A stretch of DNA of 62,858 nt, counting the filler, from Vannella sp. (taxonomy: Eukaryota): NCBI GenBank assembly GCA_023345925.1. It is 8 parts of 8 records of this genome, joined end to end, with 100 filler letters (N's around TTAATTAATTAA, not from the genome) between each part and the next. Parts side by side here need not be neighbours in the genome. Positions count along the whole stretch, not along the records: positions 26,789 to 37,381 come from JAJQQN010000563.1; positions 37,482 to 41,096 come from JAJQQN010000565.1; positions 41,197 to 50,388 come from JAJQQN010000750.1; 5 more parts are not named here. One strand, written 5' to 3'. Both the position numbers and the translations under genes were made by a program. Every line of letters begins with the position of its first letter. Position 1 is the stretch's first letter. This document shows positions 33,922-46,322 of the stretch, piece by piece. The notes below the pieces were generated by a model. The model saw only the letters and a list, made by a program, of their open reading frames with translations. It made no database searches and was not told the DNA's origin.

Positions 33922-36399
33922 ATGGGCATCATGAACTTTGGATCCAAGTATGTCTTCGTTCCCCCTGTCAAGGTGGAAATGGAGAAAATTGAGGAGGAAG
34001 AGATTGTCCATGGTGTGGCCCAGGTGACCCGTGAGCGTTATGCTGCTTGCGATGATGGAGAGACGTGCCTCCTTGACTTGTTGGACACGGCTGGTCAAGA
34101 AGAGTACTCTGCTATGCGAGACCAATACGTGCGGACTGGTCAGGGCTTCTACGTTGTCTACAGCATCACCAGTCGCTCCTCCTTTGATGAGGTTACCTCT
34201 ATTATTGAACAAATCCGTCGCGTGAAGGACTCTGATGACGTACCCTGCATCATTGTAGGTAACAAGATCGACTTGCAATGCGAGAGACAAGTCACTTTCG
34301 ACGAAGGTCAGGCGCTCGCAAAGAGCCTCGGTGTACTCTTCTGTGAGACGAGTGCCAAGTCACGAACCAATGTCGAGGAATCATTTTATGATCTCGTTCG
34401 TGCCTGCCCCCGCTACGGGAAAGAGTACAAGTTGGTCATCATGGGAGGTGGAGGTGTTGGCAAATCGGCCCTGTGCATCCAACTCATTCAGAACCACTTT
34501 GTGGATGAGTATGACCCAACCATCGAGGATTCGTACCGAAAGCAATGCACAATCCCGGGATTGAACCAAGGGAATGTCAACCCTTCGAACAAGAAGTCTT
34601 CGAAGGGACTCTTTGGCCGCAAGAAGAAGACCTCCAGTGAGCCTGCTAAGAAGGAGACCTATACTAGCACAGTTACAACTACCGAGAAGAGGACGAAAGT
34701 CCTCTCCGTACCAATGGCGGACACGAATTGTCTCCTCGTCGAGGTTGGCCATATTGGACAGCTCAAGGTCCCCTCCAAGAAGGCTACTCAAGAGCACATT
34801 CTCTGCTCTGGATGCAACGCTATTGCATCCTGCATCTCTCCTTTGGAGACCTCCACAGACGGGAAGACCCTTTGGAAATGTGAATTCTGTGGGACCATGA
34901 ACAAGGACCTCGTCATTCCTCAACAGGGACTCTCCAAGAGAGGAGGAACCCTTCAAGTGTTGAAAGCTGGCAAGAAGCAACCTAAGGGCAAGACAGAAAC
35001 CGTGGACGACAGCGAGGGCGTTGTGGTATTCTGCATTGATGTTTCAGGCTCCATGGACCAACAAGACCGTCTCCCTGACTTCCAGCAGCAATGGAAGATC
35101 GCCAAAGGAGAGGAGATCGTTAATATCACGCGGATTGCTGCAATCAAGCAAGCCGTCGCAACTCACATTAACCGTCTCGCCGTCTCATGTCCTAACAAGA
35201 AGGTCTCCGTCATCACCTTCGCCTCCGACATCCTGATTCAGCAGGACCAAAATGGCTCGGTCGTCACCAGTCGAATCAATTCAATGGCCCAGACAATCGA
35301 CGCGGCGTTGGAACGCGCCAAAAATATGGTCGATTGGGAGCGCGTTTCTCCGATTGGACTGGCGAGAGATAACATGCTCAACCTTGTAGAATCCATTCAT
35401 ACCAGAGGTAGCACTGCCCTTGGCCCCGCTCTGTTAGCATCCATCCAAGTTGCAGGAGAGAGTGGCTTGCCAGCAGAGATCATCTTATGCTCAGATGGTG
35501 AACCAAATGAAGGTATTGGATCGTCTGGATCTCTCAATGCAGAGACCTACGAGAGAATAGGATCTATGGCAGTTCAGCGCGAGTGCAAAGTCTCACTTAT
35601 CGGGATTGACGGGTGCCGCTGTGCCATGGAGTACCTTTCAGAATGTGCTTCGCGAACAGAAGGCAACATCAGTATTCTCCATCCCATTGAGATTGTGAGA
35701 GAGATCCGCAAGTTCTCGCAAGACTCAAATGTTGCCAAAGATCTTATTGTGAGCGTCCTCCTGCACCCCCATCTTATGCTTGGTCCTGGAGACTGCCCCA
35801 AAGGACTTAGTCGAATGGTCAAAGAACTCAATTCCGCCACAAACTCCACAGAAATCACTGCTGAGTTCCTCCTTCGACCTGAATTCGTCTCCAAGTTCAA
35901 CAAGAAACCAGAAATGATGCCCTCTACCTATCCTTTCCAGTGCCAAATCGAGTACACAGACAAGTCAGGTGCCAGACTGAGGTATGTGGTTTCCAAACAA
36001 CTTCGTCTGAGTTCATTGCGCAAGTCCTCCGAGCGTAAATGTGCTGCTGCGGTGGTCGGTCAGGTTGCTATCCAGCATGTCGGGAAACTTGCTGCCGATA
36101 AGCAATTCGAGGAATCTTTGCACAAGCTTCACGCCTATCGCCGCCTACTGGAGCGTGGAGCTCTCACTGACGAGCAGCAGGAAGAGTTTGGAATGTTTGT
36201 TCAACGAAGTGAGGAGTTTGAGCCTTTTTTGATTGCTTGTCGTCAAGGAAGGTCCTCTGACGGAGCCGTCCGAGCGTTCTATCAGATGCAACGCGTTGAC
36301 AGCTCCATGTTCGTCAGTGCCATGAAGAAAAAGGATCTTTGTGTTCGCCGACTTGGCAACAAAGAGCTCAACGCTCAGTATTATAACTATAAGTTCTAA
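33922..36399 (+). CDS. cpras1: Circularly permuted Ras protein (cpRAS) with Sec23/24-type Zn finger and vWA domain
   Basis: DTAGQEE, NKID and ETSAK precede GGGGVGKS...[13 protein letters not shown]...[16 protein letters not shown] (MIDAS). Confidence 0.92.
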   Translation: MGIMNFGSKYVFVPPVKVEMEKIEEEEIVHGVAQVTRERYAACDDGETCLLDLLDTAGQEEYSAMRDQYVRTGQGFYVVYSITSRSSFDEVTSIIEQIRRVKDSDDVPCIIVGNKIDLQCERQVTFDEGQALAKSLGVLFCETSAKSRTNVEESFYDLVRACPRYGKEYKLVIMGGGGVGKSALCIQLIQNHFVDEYDPTIEDSYRKQCTIPGLNQGNVNPSNKKSSKGLFGRKKKTSSEPAKKETYTSTVTTTEKRTKVLSVPMADTNCLLVEVGHIGQLKVPSKKATQEHILCSGCNAIASCISPLETSTDGKTLWKCEFCGTMNKDLVIPQQGLSKRGGTLQVLKAGKKQPKGKTETVDDSEGVVVFCIDVSGSMDQQDRLPDFQQQWKIAKGEEIVNITRIAAIKQAVATHINRLAVSCPNKKVSVITFASDILIQQDQNGSVVTSRINSMAQTIDAALERAKNMVDWERVSPIGLARDNMLNLVESIHTRGSTALGPALLASIQVAGESGLPAEIILCSDGEPNEGIGSSGSLNAETYERIGSMAVQRECKVSLIGIDGCRCAMEYLSECASRTEGNISILHPIEIVREIRKFSQDSNVAKDLIVSVLLHPHLMLGPGDCPKGLSRMVKELNSATNSTEITAEFLLRPEFVSKFNKKPEMMPSTYPFQCQIEYTDKSGARLRYVVSKQLRLSSLRKSSERKCAAAVVGQVAIQHVGKLAADKQFEESLHKLHAYRRLLERGALTDEQQEEFGMFVQRSEEFEPFLIACRQGRSSDGAVRAFYQMQRVDSSMFVSAMKKKDLCVRRLGNKELNAQYYNYKF

Positions 36400-36642
36400 A
36401 CTCCCATGTATACCTGATTGTCCTTCCTGGTCAGTTTTTGTGAGCAAGTTGGGGCTTGTGAGTGGACTTTATTCCCCTGCGCTAGAGAGTTGTCTGCTTT
36501 CCGAAGTATTGACATTTTGCTCAGAAAGGGAACGCCGGTTCACCAAGATGGGGTATCTTTCTGAGAGAAAGTGGCCAACCACTTGAAGAGCAATCACTAA
36601 GCCACCTGGAGCGAGATGAGTCTCCCATACTCGATTTGGGGG

Positions 36643-37335
36643 CTATTTACCAAGTATGAAGCTTGTTCCGGTGAGTGGTTGCTCCTCCGACGAGACAAGG
36701 AAGAGGAGAAAGCAGCCAACCATGACCGGATAAAGTTGCTCCAAACTGATCTCCCTCTCGTTTTCTCCTCCCAAGACGGAGTTCACTTGTTCTGGACAAA
36801 CGGACTGAACAGAAGACGGGAGATCAGCGAAAGAGGTCATCAGAGTACTTTCAGTGACTTGGTCACCTGAGGGAGTGGGAGTGGAAGTGTCACCTATAAC
36901 GTCTGGCTCCCTTAGACCTGAACGTTCATGAAGAAAGTAGACACGGAGACGCTTCCTGAGGGTCTCTTGTGCACCAGGAGGACTAAATCCGACTTCAATC
37001 CCATCCTCTTCGTAACGTTCGATCTTTTGCTTGCATTTGATATCCCTTTAAGGGCCTCTGAGTCTCTCTAGCACACAAGAAGGTTGCCACTTACACGCTG
37101 ATTCGCTGTCGTGGAAGAATGATGCCCTGCGCCAGGCGGATATGATACCTTTCCGGATGGCGAGCGCGGATCTTGTACGGAAGCCGATGAGCATAGTCAG
37201 GGTTGTGCATGACCACCCTCTGCACACGCTACACATCTTCAACATCTCCCCAACCTCCCTTCACCTACACACCTCCTCATTCGTAAAGGTGAGCGAGAAC
37301 CGCGGGCTCACCAACAGGTCATCGACTGGTTGCAT
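36643..37335 (-). CDS. MSP-domain (VAP/MOSPD-like) protein, multi-exon; 3' structure unresolved
   Basis: Spliced reading LLVSPRFSLTF...VMHNPDYAHRLPYKIRARHPERYHIRLAQGIILPRQRISVDI resembles the MSP core; not visible in the ORF track. Confidence 0.55.
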
Positions 37336-37381
37336 GCGAACAAGCTGCAAGCAGAAATGAAGGGAAATGCAAAAGGTGAAA

Positions 37382-37481
37382 NNNNNNNNNNNNNNNNNNN
37401 NNNNNNNNNNNNNNNNNNNNNNNNNTTAATTAATTAANNNNNNNNNNNNNNNNNNNNNNNNNNNNNNNNNNNNNNNNNNNN
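37382..37481. other. Artificial contig linker
   Basis: N-TTAATTAATTAA-N. Confidence 0.98.
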
Positions 37482-37802
37482 GTGCCGCCCCAGACAGAAC
37501 TATCATGTTGATCGCGATTTCTGATCCTTCTCAAAATATGCCTTCCTCCCACTTATCCGTTCCTAACCGTCGTTAGCTTCCTCCACAACGATGCCCTGTC
37601 CATGTGACTGAACCTCCAAGTATCCCATTTTGCATCCTGTCGGTCGTCACATCAAAAACTACTCCGCCAACACGACTGTTTGAGGTCTCCGCACCGCGAT
37701 TTCTCCATAAACAATGAGGGGAGCTGCTTCCTAGCTCGCTTGTTCAGCTTAGCTTCTCATGCTTCTTCCGACACGCTTCTCAGAGCAGAAGGGATCTGAT
37801 AC

Positions 37803-40800
37803 ATGGCAAGGGGAAGCAAGATAATTGAATCCCTCATTTACATGGAAGCTCGCCAGCAAGCGAAGGCCCTCCTGGATAAAGTGCTGGAGAGCTACTCGCT
37901 GGAGGAGTTTGAGGATGCTTTTGGCTCCTCCATTGACACAGAGGAGAAAATAGCGAAGGACCCCGTGGGCTTCTACGAGCAGTTGGAGATATCTTTGTAA
38001 GCCCCTTTGCATTTGGAATGAGCTCTCCTTACCGTCAGAACTGACTCTTTCTCCAGTCCGCTCCCTCGAAGTGCGAGACCACGAACCCGCCGCCGACAAG
38101 CCAGGAGGGAGGAAGGGCCCCTTGCCGGAACGTTGGCGTTGGTGGATCCTGTCCCCTCTGAGAGTGACCTGCGAGAAGGACACCGCCAAATGAAGCAGGC
38201 ATCTCTCACTCACCGCAATGAAACTGCGGAGGAACAGAGTACTGGAGCCTTCGAGATTCCCCCGGGTGAAAAGAGCGCTCCACAAGTGTTAATGAGGGTC
38301 ATTGAACAAGCATCCCCCTCCTCTGAGCAGGTTTCCCCTGTAGCACCTGTCAGGGGAGACTCAGAAGCGCCTCCTGTGATGCTCGAACGATTGGATCAGC
38401 AGGCCTCATTCACCCACAACGACGTAGCACCACCACCACCATCATCTTCATCAGAGGCTCCCCAAGTGGGTGAAGTCCCTCCCAAGCCATTGAGAAGGAA
38501 GAAGTCTTTCAAGCCAAAGTCGATGGCCCCTGTCCCTGCTCCATTGGAGCCTCTTGCAGCCACCATCACAGTCCAGCCTCCTGTTCCAAGAATCAGCCGC
38601 CAGGCTGTGGATATAGTGCAATGGCACGAGGAAGGAGATCCTCGACGTGACGATGAGACCACCTCATTCATCAAGAAACTGAACGAGTTGAACAGTGCTT
38701 CACAGCCAGTGACTCGTGACACACAGTCCAGCCACCCCCAACTTGGGGAATATGTAGAGAGGCAAAAGGTGGAGTGGGAAAAGGTGGATTCGAAGTGGCT
38801 GGCACAGGTTTGCTCTTCGCGCGATGTCTTCTTCCGGTGGACTTTGATTGCCTTTTTGGAGGCTCAGAAGGAGCCAAACGCTGACTTTAGAGCCACAAAG
38901 TGCCAGATAGAGGTCATTCAACATCTTCAAAACTTTAGGGAGATTGCGGACCTTTTCGCCCTTCATCCTAGAACCCAAAAAACAGATCCCAAGCTCCAGA
39001 CTATCTACAAGAACAGGAGTTACACACAAGATTTCAACCGAGTGACCATTCTGAGGGCCAAGTGGGATACCGACCGCTTAATTCCACTTCCCGCTGTACA
39101 ATCTGACTCTTGCCGTGCCTACCGAACATGGAAATCGAAGAATTTTCTCTCTATCCACTTTGGAAAGCAAGAGAGCCCACTTCCTCCTCGGATTCAGATG
39201 GAATACCCTGGACTGGATAGCTTTGGGACTTGGGAGTTTCTCTTCGCCAAAATCGAGTCCGGAAAGGCATTCTACATCAAGTGCGGCAAATCACGTGACG
39301 CGCATTCTTTCCGAGAGTGGCTGGCTCCTGTGAGTGACAATGACTCAATGAAAGTTGCCAAGTACAATGCTCGAATAGCATTGGCCTTCAGCGCATCGAT
39401 TCCGCTTTCTGCCGTCATCGAAGATGCTGTCATTCACCCCGAGTCCCAAGCCAATACGCACGTCCTCGTGGATGACATTAATCATTGCCCCAATAAGGCG
39501 GGCGAATCTGTGATGACTGATGGATGCGGATTTATCAGTTCAGCTTTTGCCGAACAGATTTCTTTCGAGTTGGGCTTCAAATTCTGGCCTCGTGCCTTCC
39601 AAGGGCGATTCGGAGGATACAAGGGCGTTTGGGTCGTCGCGGCTGAGCCTTTGCCAAACTCTGCTCACATTGCCCACAGGCCCTCACAAAGGAAGTTTGA
39701 ACCCAATCCTGAAGAAGATGCCCATCGTCTTCTTGAAATACTCAGCTACTCCAAAGCCCAGTCCGGAAATCTAAACGAGGGCTCCATTCGCTTCTTGCTC
39801 CTCCTCGGACTTCCCCCGTCTGTCATTCACGATCTGAAGGCCGAAGAGGTTGAGTGCCTTCACAAAAGAATGTTCCAGCCTCTCCCAACTCTTTTGAGAA
39901 CCGTCCGAAGGGGATCGCCCACTTCTAGTTCCCGACTCTTTCTGCGTCTGGCCAAGGCAGGGTTCACATACGACCAATTCATGTTACGGAACTACTTGGC
40001 CAATTGGTACGTAGCAAAGAGTCGCAGCGTGAAGGAAAGCAGACGCATTCCCGTCCCAGAATCCGCACTTTTGTTGATGATTCCCGACCACACTGGCACA
40101 TTGGCCCCTGACGAAGTGTCCATCCAGTTCTCGGATCCTCTTTTCGGTGGGATAAGCCGAGTAGTGAACAAGGAAGTTGTTGTCTTCCGCTCTCCTTTGC
40201 AGCTGATCTCGGATGTGCGCAAGATGAAGGCAGTGGACTGTCCGGAGCTCCGCTATTTGAAGGACTGTGTGGTCTTCTCTACACAAGGCACCGTTTCTCC
40301 CGGTTCTCTCCTCTCCGGAGGAGACTACGACGGTGACAAAGCATGGGTCATTTGGGACCAGCGCTTCAGCTGCATTCGTACCTGCGAGAAGCCCGCGAAC
40401 CCCATCAAGAACACCTCCGCTGCATACTCTCATGAGGACGAAGCTGGCTCTCTCGTGATTGGCGACTTACAAGAAGATGACTTGGCCGAACGCCTCCGAG
40501 AATATTGTTCCTCTCAAGACGCCTACAAGTATCTGGGCATGCTCAGCACCAAGCTATCGGAATACTTTACTTCTTTCTACGAGGCATTGGGCGTGGAGAC
40601 GGTCCCAGAAGAAGTGACTGCCCGAATGGAGAAAGACCCGCAAATTCAGTTGTTGGGAAATTTGTGTGCCATGGCGGTGGATGCACCTAAAGCAGGGATG
40701 CGCGTGAATGGTAAGAAGGTAGAGAAGCTATTGAGAAGCATCGAATCCTCCCCGAAATCTCCCGAAGCTTCCGAGTCCATCGAAGCTCTTCGACAGGAGG

Positions 40801-41096
40801 CTCTGGCCCGCTTCTCTGAAAAGGAAGACGGAGTTGACCCTGACTTGTGCATGCCGTACCGCTCCCATCACATGGAGGACGCTAAGCAGCTCCTGTATCG
40901 AATGTCGGAGCTCCAGAAGAGGTCTCAGGAGCTTAACATCAGCATTCAGGACCAGATGGTTCGCCAGGACGAAAAGGAAGAGGATTTTGAAGAGCTGGAT
41001 GCTGAAACTATCGAGGAGGATGCTCCGAGTGCGGACTTTGTGCTGAAATGGAAGGAACTGAAGTACAAGTACATTCTCCAGCGCTTCCCCAATGTC
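37803..41096 (+). CDS. Cellular (RNAi-type) RNA-dependent RNA polymerase, 3' truncated; intron 37997-38056
   Basis: VMTDGCGFIS, FQGRFGGYKGVW, VFRSP, LSGGDYDGD, AVDAPKAG. Confidence 0.93.
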
Positions 41097-41196
41097 NNNN
41101 NNNNNNNNNNNNNNNNNNNNNNNNNNNNNNNNNNNNNNNNTTAATTAATTAANNNNNNNNNNNNNNNNNNNNNNNNNNNNNNNNNNNNNNNNNNNN
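41097..41196. other. Artificial contig linker
   Basis: N-TTAATTAATTAA-N. Confidence 0.98.
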
Positions 41197-41203
41197 CTCC
41201 AAC

Positions 41204-41765
41204 ATGACCGAATACAAACTTGTGATCGTTGGAGGAGGAGGCGTAGGCAAGTCTGCTTTGACTCTCCAGCTCATTCAGAACCATTTCATTGACGAGTACG
41301 ATCCCACCATTGAAGACTCCTACCGAAAGCAAGTGAGCATTGACGACGAAGTTTGTTTGCTTGATGTGCTTGATACTGCTGGCCAAGAAGAGTACTCCGC
41401 CATGCGCGACCAGTACATGAGGACGGGACAAGGTTTTCTGTGCACCTACGCCATTACTTCCCGCCCCTCCTTTGATGAAATCACCAGCTTCAGAGAGCAC
41501 ATATTGCGAGTGAAGGACGAAGAGAGCGTGCCCATGGTCCTCATAGGCAACAAATGTGATTTGGAGGTGGAACGCCAAGTTTCTGTCGCAAGGCCAAGAG
41601 TTGGCCAAGTCGTTCGGTTGCCCTGCCTTCGAGTGCTCTGCAAAAGCTCGCATCAATGTTGAGGACGCCTTCTATGAACTGGTCAGAGAGATCCGAAAGG
41701 TGAATCATTCGAAGAATCCTTCTCAAAAGAAGAAGAGCAAGAAAGTTGCTTGCGCTTTGCTGTGA
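41204..41765 (+). CDS. Ras GTPase with an apparent frameshift at ~41591 (pseudogene or sequence error)
   Basis: [20 protein letters not shown]...DTAGQEEY...NKCD; continues in another frame as GQELAKSFG...SAK...KKVACALL (CAAX); no intron at the junction. Confidence 0.88.
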
Positions 41766-41875
41766 TCAAACAAGGCCGCTCTGTAGTCTGTACTATAAAA
41801 TAATCTATTTCCGTACCAAGTCTTCGATCTCACACCCTTTATTGTCGGAATCATGATCACACCTTCACCCTTCAC

Positions 41876-41951
41876 GCAGAACTCGTGTTTGCGAAGAGTG
41901 TCCTGATGACCTCCATCTCTTCAGGATAAGCTTTTGGACTGATTTCATTTT
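41876..41951 (-). repeat. 76-bp dispersed repeat, copy B (inverted relative to 1-76)
   Basis: 71/76 identity with positions 1-76. Confidence 0.85.
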
Positions 41952-42078
41952 TTCACTTTTTGGACCAAACAAGGGGAAATGCCAGTGACTTCTCTCGTTG
42001 CTTGTGAAAGAGATTTTCACATATTACAGAGTGAATGGGAATAGAAGTGTTCGTCTCATTTTTTTAGCACTTGGGGGA

Positions 42079-43311
42079 ATGCTGGTGAGCAGGCTTCCCC
42101 TCGCTTTCGTGTTTTTGCTGTTTGCACCGTCTATTTGCAAGGTTACTGGGGTTTCAGATCCTGGTTTCCGCATTGTAGGACGCTCTGTATCATCTGGGGC
42201 CGTGCTGAGTCCTCCTCGAGGTGCTTCCATCGCGTTCGACTGGTCTGGGATCGAGATTCACTTTAGCACGACAGGCTCCAACAGGTATGATCTCTGCCAT
42301 GGTACACTGTCTCACTGTACCATTCTCTTAGAGTCACCCTCCTCCTCGAAGGCCAAGGAAATGACTACAACGTCTTCATCAAAGGGACATTGGTTCAGGT
42401 GTTCTCCACTCAGAAGGGCGTCAGAGAGTATCCTATCCGCTGGAAGTTTAGCTCTACTGAACTCACTCAAGTGACAGTCACGAAGCGCACTGAGGCACAG
42501 GATAGTCCTCAAGCGGAGTTCTTCTTTGGAGTGGAGATGGAGGAGGGAGGGTCTCTTGGACCTTCACCTCCTTCTCCTTCTCGACGTCTTGAGTTTCTGG
42601 GAGCCAGCGTGACTTGTGGCTACGGTATTCACGCTCTTGGCAATAGTCCCGGCTGCCAGGACCCAGAAGGCCGGGTGGAGGACAATTGGTTAGCTTTTGG
42701 GCCGCTGGTTTCTCGCCACTTTGGAGGTGAGTGTAAGGAGGTTGATTCTTACACTGGCTTATTCCTACCACAGCTGATGCTCATATTGAGTCATGGAGCG
42801 GGATATGCCTGGTGAAACAATGTGGAGACACTTTACCTTTTCCAGCTTATTGGAACAGAACCATTGCGGTGCAGCTGGAACCAATCTACAACTTCACCCA
42901 ATTTGTTCCTCAAGGAGTGGTCATCAATCTTGGTAACAACGACTACAGTGCTGAGCCTTATCCCAGCCAAAAGCAGTTTGAAAGTGCGTATATCGATCTA
43001 GTGCAGACCATCCGAAAGGCATATGGACCTGAAGTGATCTTCTTTATGGTTTGTGGGCCGCTGAGTGCTTCCTTAATCAGCTGTCCATACGTCCAGAATG
43101 TAGTCCAGATAGTGGGAAATAGCTTTTACATCGATATCAATGGACTTCTCACATCCTCCGATGTGGGTGTAAGTAAATGTATTCAACGGGCTCTTTCTCA
43201 TCGAAACTATAGTGCAATGGCCATCCGAATGTGTCTGGGCACGAGAAAATAGCGAACGTTCTTATCCCTCTGCTGGAAGACGCCCTTGACTGGGGCCCTC
43301 TTCAAAGATGA
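42079..43311 (+). CDS. Secreted SGNH/GDSL hydrolase, carbohydrate esterase family 2-like (multi-exon)
   Basis: Signal peptide; FDWSG; VTKRTEA; RRLEFLGASVTCGYG; SWSG; VVINLGNNDY; CNGHPNVSGH. Confidence 0.82.
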
Positions 43312-44311
43312 CTTTTGTGATACCTTAACTCTACTTCAGTATAATAAGGGAGGTTTCGACTCCATTTAACCCGTTCTGGCAAGTCTTTGGGTCAAACAAA
43401 GATGTATGCTTCCTCTTACCCCAGCATGCCTTTGTTCCTCTTCTCCAGAAGTCTTGAAGTATTGGGGAAGAAAAGTATGCTCACTTTCTTGACATTTCAC
43501 TCATTGCCAAGGAGGCCTGATTCTTTTGTGCTTGAGGGAAGGAATGCGAGCCACCTCCAACAGATTTGCCCATCGTCGTTCGGAGCCATTCTCCCCTAGA
43601 ACGCCAGGCGTTACGGGCAAACTACAGAAGAGAGCGGGGGCTGTACCTAATGTTAACCCACCCCCATTCATAGTGCCTGTGACAGCGGATCAGATGGCTC
43701 TGTTCTTGCACGAATGGGCTCAACCAGGTGACTGCTGACATCATTCGCAACAACAAAGCTCCTGGATTGCTATTCCTCACGGCCATGGGCCAATTGGAAG
43801 AAGAGCATTGATGATGCTGTCTCGCCAAGCTCACCGCAACTCCCAAAACTAATTAATTAGCTTTGAATGAGCCTTCTATCCTAATACACGACTTACTTTT
43901 CCACTCCACTCACTCTCAATGGAACCATCATTCCGAGACAATAATTACGTAATATCAAGTCCTTCGCTTTGCTGAAGCACTTTGCTGAAATGGTGGGTTT
44001 GGTCATTTTCTTGTTCTTCTGTGCGATGAACCACCCCGCCCGTCAGCTCCTTGATGCACTGGTAGCTGGTAAGGAGATCTGAAGGGGAAAGGGAAGAGAA
44101 GAGAGCGGAGTTGACGACTGCACTTGGTAGATCCGGGCAAGACGCTTGAGGAGGAGGACTTCGGAGTGTTTCGACTCGCTCTTCAGTGTCCTGAACAAGC
44201 AGCAGTCAGTGAGGTGCTCCAAGTCTTGGGAGACCTCAACAGAGAAGGTCTGTGTCCTTCGAGAAGGCTGCAGTGATCTTATTGTCTTCATTAGAGCCTC
44301 GACGGAAGGCA

Positions 44312-46180
44312 ATGAGTGGCCAAAGAGAACTCATCGAGACTATGGTCGACTTTCTCATTCAGTCAGACACTACTGATCATGCGCAACTAGCTGCACGCGC
44401 CCTTGGTAACTTCTCTTTTGAACACGAGGAGAATCGCCACCTTTTGGTAGAGTTTGGTGTTCCCGTGCGTTTGCTGAACCTTCTGAAGCAATCAGAGGAC
44501 ACCACTACTCTACGCAACTGCACAGGGGCTCTTGCAAACGTCTCTTTTGTGTCTGGTAGGAGAACCGGAGCCAAGGTTGACTCTAACCCGTTGTTAGACA
44601 CCCTGCAAGCCACCTTGGTTGAAGAAGGCGTTATCTCTGTTCTACTTAAGCAGCTGGCATCACCTGAAGAGCTGGTGGTGGTCATGAGCCTTCGCGCCTT
44701 TGGCAATATCATCGACGGTTCGTCCTTCGCCGTCCGGCTCACACGCTGATGCTGATTGCATCGTACAGACACTACCTGGGCTTCTTTTTACGAGATAGGA
44801 GGAGTAGAGAAGCTCCTACATGTGGCCCTTTCGTCTCCATCAGAGCTGGCCCGTTCTGATGCGCTCACCACAATCAGCACGATCCTGGAGAACCACGAAG
44901 ACGAGCTTCTAAAGCTAGCGAAGGAGGGAGATAATCTTCCTCGCCTGCACCAGCTTGCCAAGGCCGACGAGGACGAGCAAGTGCGGACGGATGGTTGGGC
45001 TTTCCTCCTCAAGCTGGCTGAGAAACGTGCGTCTTCTTGCTTTGTCGTCAAAAGAGGGGTCTAACTGCTTGGATTAGCGGATATCCAAGCAGTGTTCAAC
45101 GAGCGAGGGATCCTCTCTGATCTGATGAAAGACGTTTCTGTGATCGGGGACGAGAACCTCTTGGCTTCCACCTTGCAACTCTTGGGCCTCCTCGCCACTC
45201 ACGGTATATTACTGACCAGTCTCTCGTGGATTGGAAGACTCACAGCGCGGTAGACGAGTGCATGGACAATCTGTTCAAGTCATTCTCCGTCTTCTTCCCT
45301 CTTCTTGGTCATGAGGACGAGAACGTGAAGACGTACACGGCCATGATTGTCGGAAACATTGCCCGAAAAGATGAATACTGCACTCGGCTGATCGAGGAAG
45401 GCGCTTTGCCTATCCTCAAAGGTCTCTGCGGGGAGAAGGACCGCATTCAACACTTGGTTTTGGGCGCTTTACGTAACATTGCCATCCCAGGTAAGACCAA
45501 TACTCCTTCCTGGTAGTGGAAGATGCTGACTACAGCGAAAGAGGCCAATAAGGCTGCAGTAGCTAATGAAGACGGACTTATTGAAGCGGTGATTGCTTGC
45601 CTGTCAAAAAGCAACAACGCGCATGTCCTTTACAACTCCATCATCCTTTTGAAGGTACTGGCTGCTGGTGGACCCTCGTTCGTACGTGGATTGGTCCAGG
45701 CCGATTGCCTTGATGTCATTTCCAAGCTTCTAGAGAGAACGCTTGACGACGGGCAACAACGCATTCACTTCGAGGTCTCTCGCTTGCTGATTATGATTGC
45801 GCGTTCCAGTGGTAAGGAGGAATCTCACTGAAAGTAACTGAAAGTAACTGAATTGTGATGCAGAAGCCTATCTTCAATTGGCTATGAATCAAGGAGGATT
45901 GAAAGCCATCCAGCTTTTGCTGTCGACTTCATTCGATCTTTTGCACTCAGAAGCTTTGGATCTTCTCCAACTGGTCTCTGAACGGGACGACTATTTGGAC
46001 CTGATTGCAGAGTCGTCTCTTGTCGAGGACCTGGTGAGAGTCTCCGAGTCATCCAGCGAAGAAGTCAAGAAACAAGCCCAGAAAGTGTACCAAACACTTC
46101 TTTCCCATTCTTCTCATTCCGCTCTTCGGACACTCTTGGAGAAGCCAGACATCCAACTGGCCCTCTCAAACACCAACTAA
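44312..46180 (+). CDS. RAP1GDS1: Armadillo-repeat SmgGDS/darlin-like GTPase chaperone/GEF (multi-exon)
   Basis: AARALGNFSFEHEENR; VGNIARKDEYC; IQHLVLGALRNIAIP...NK; HFEVSRLL. Confidence 0.75.
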
Positions 46181-46258
46181 ATGAGACCCATCAGCGAATC
46201 TTTGCCATCACCAAACAAAAACCGTCTCTCCATCTCACCTTAAGATAGGATTTTATGA

Positions 46259-46288
46259 TTAGGGTTAAGCGATTAGGGTTTAGGGTTT
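46259..46288 (+). repeat. Short TTAGGG/TTTAGGG telomere-like motifs (telo-box-like) just upstream of a gene
   Basis: TTAGGGTTAAGCGATTAGGGTTTAGGGTTT. Confidence 0.55.
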
Positions 46289-46322
46289 GGGGAAATGGAG
46301 GTCGGCGTTTGTCATTTGTTTG

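Noticed and set aside
37803..41096. Viral RdRP or endogenous virus
   Set aside because: DxDGD double-psi-barrel cellular type with a spliceosomal intron; no viral hallmark genes
33922..41765. Apparent cpRAS-RdRP-Ras cluster
   Set aside because: The three genes are on three different contigs, so the proximity comes from concatenation
43330..44291. Possible multi-exon minus-strand gene
   Set aside because: Splice-like signals exist, but I could not build one consistent model or recognise a domain, and its ATG would lie only 20 bp from the next gene's ATG
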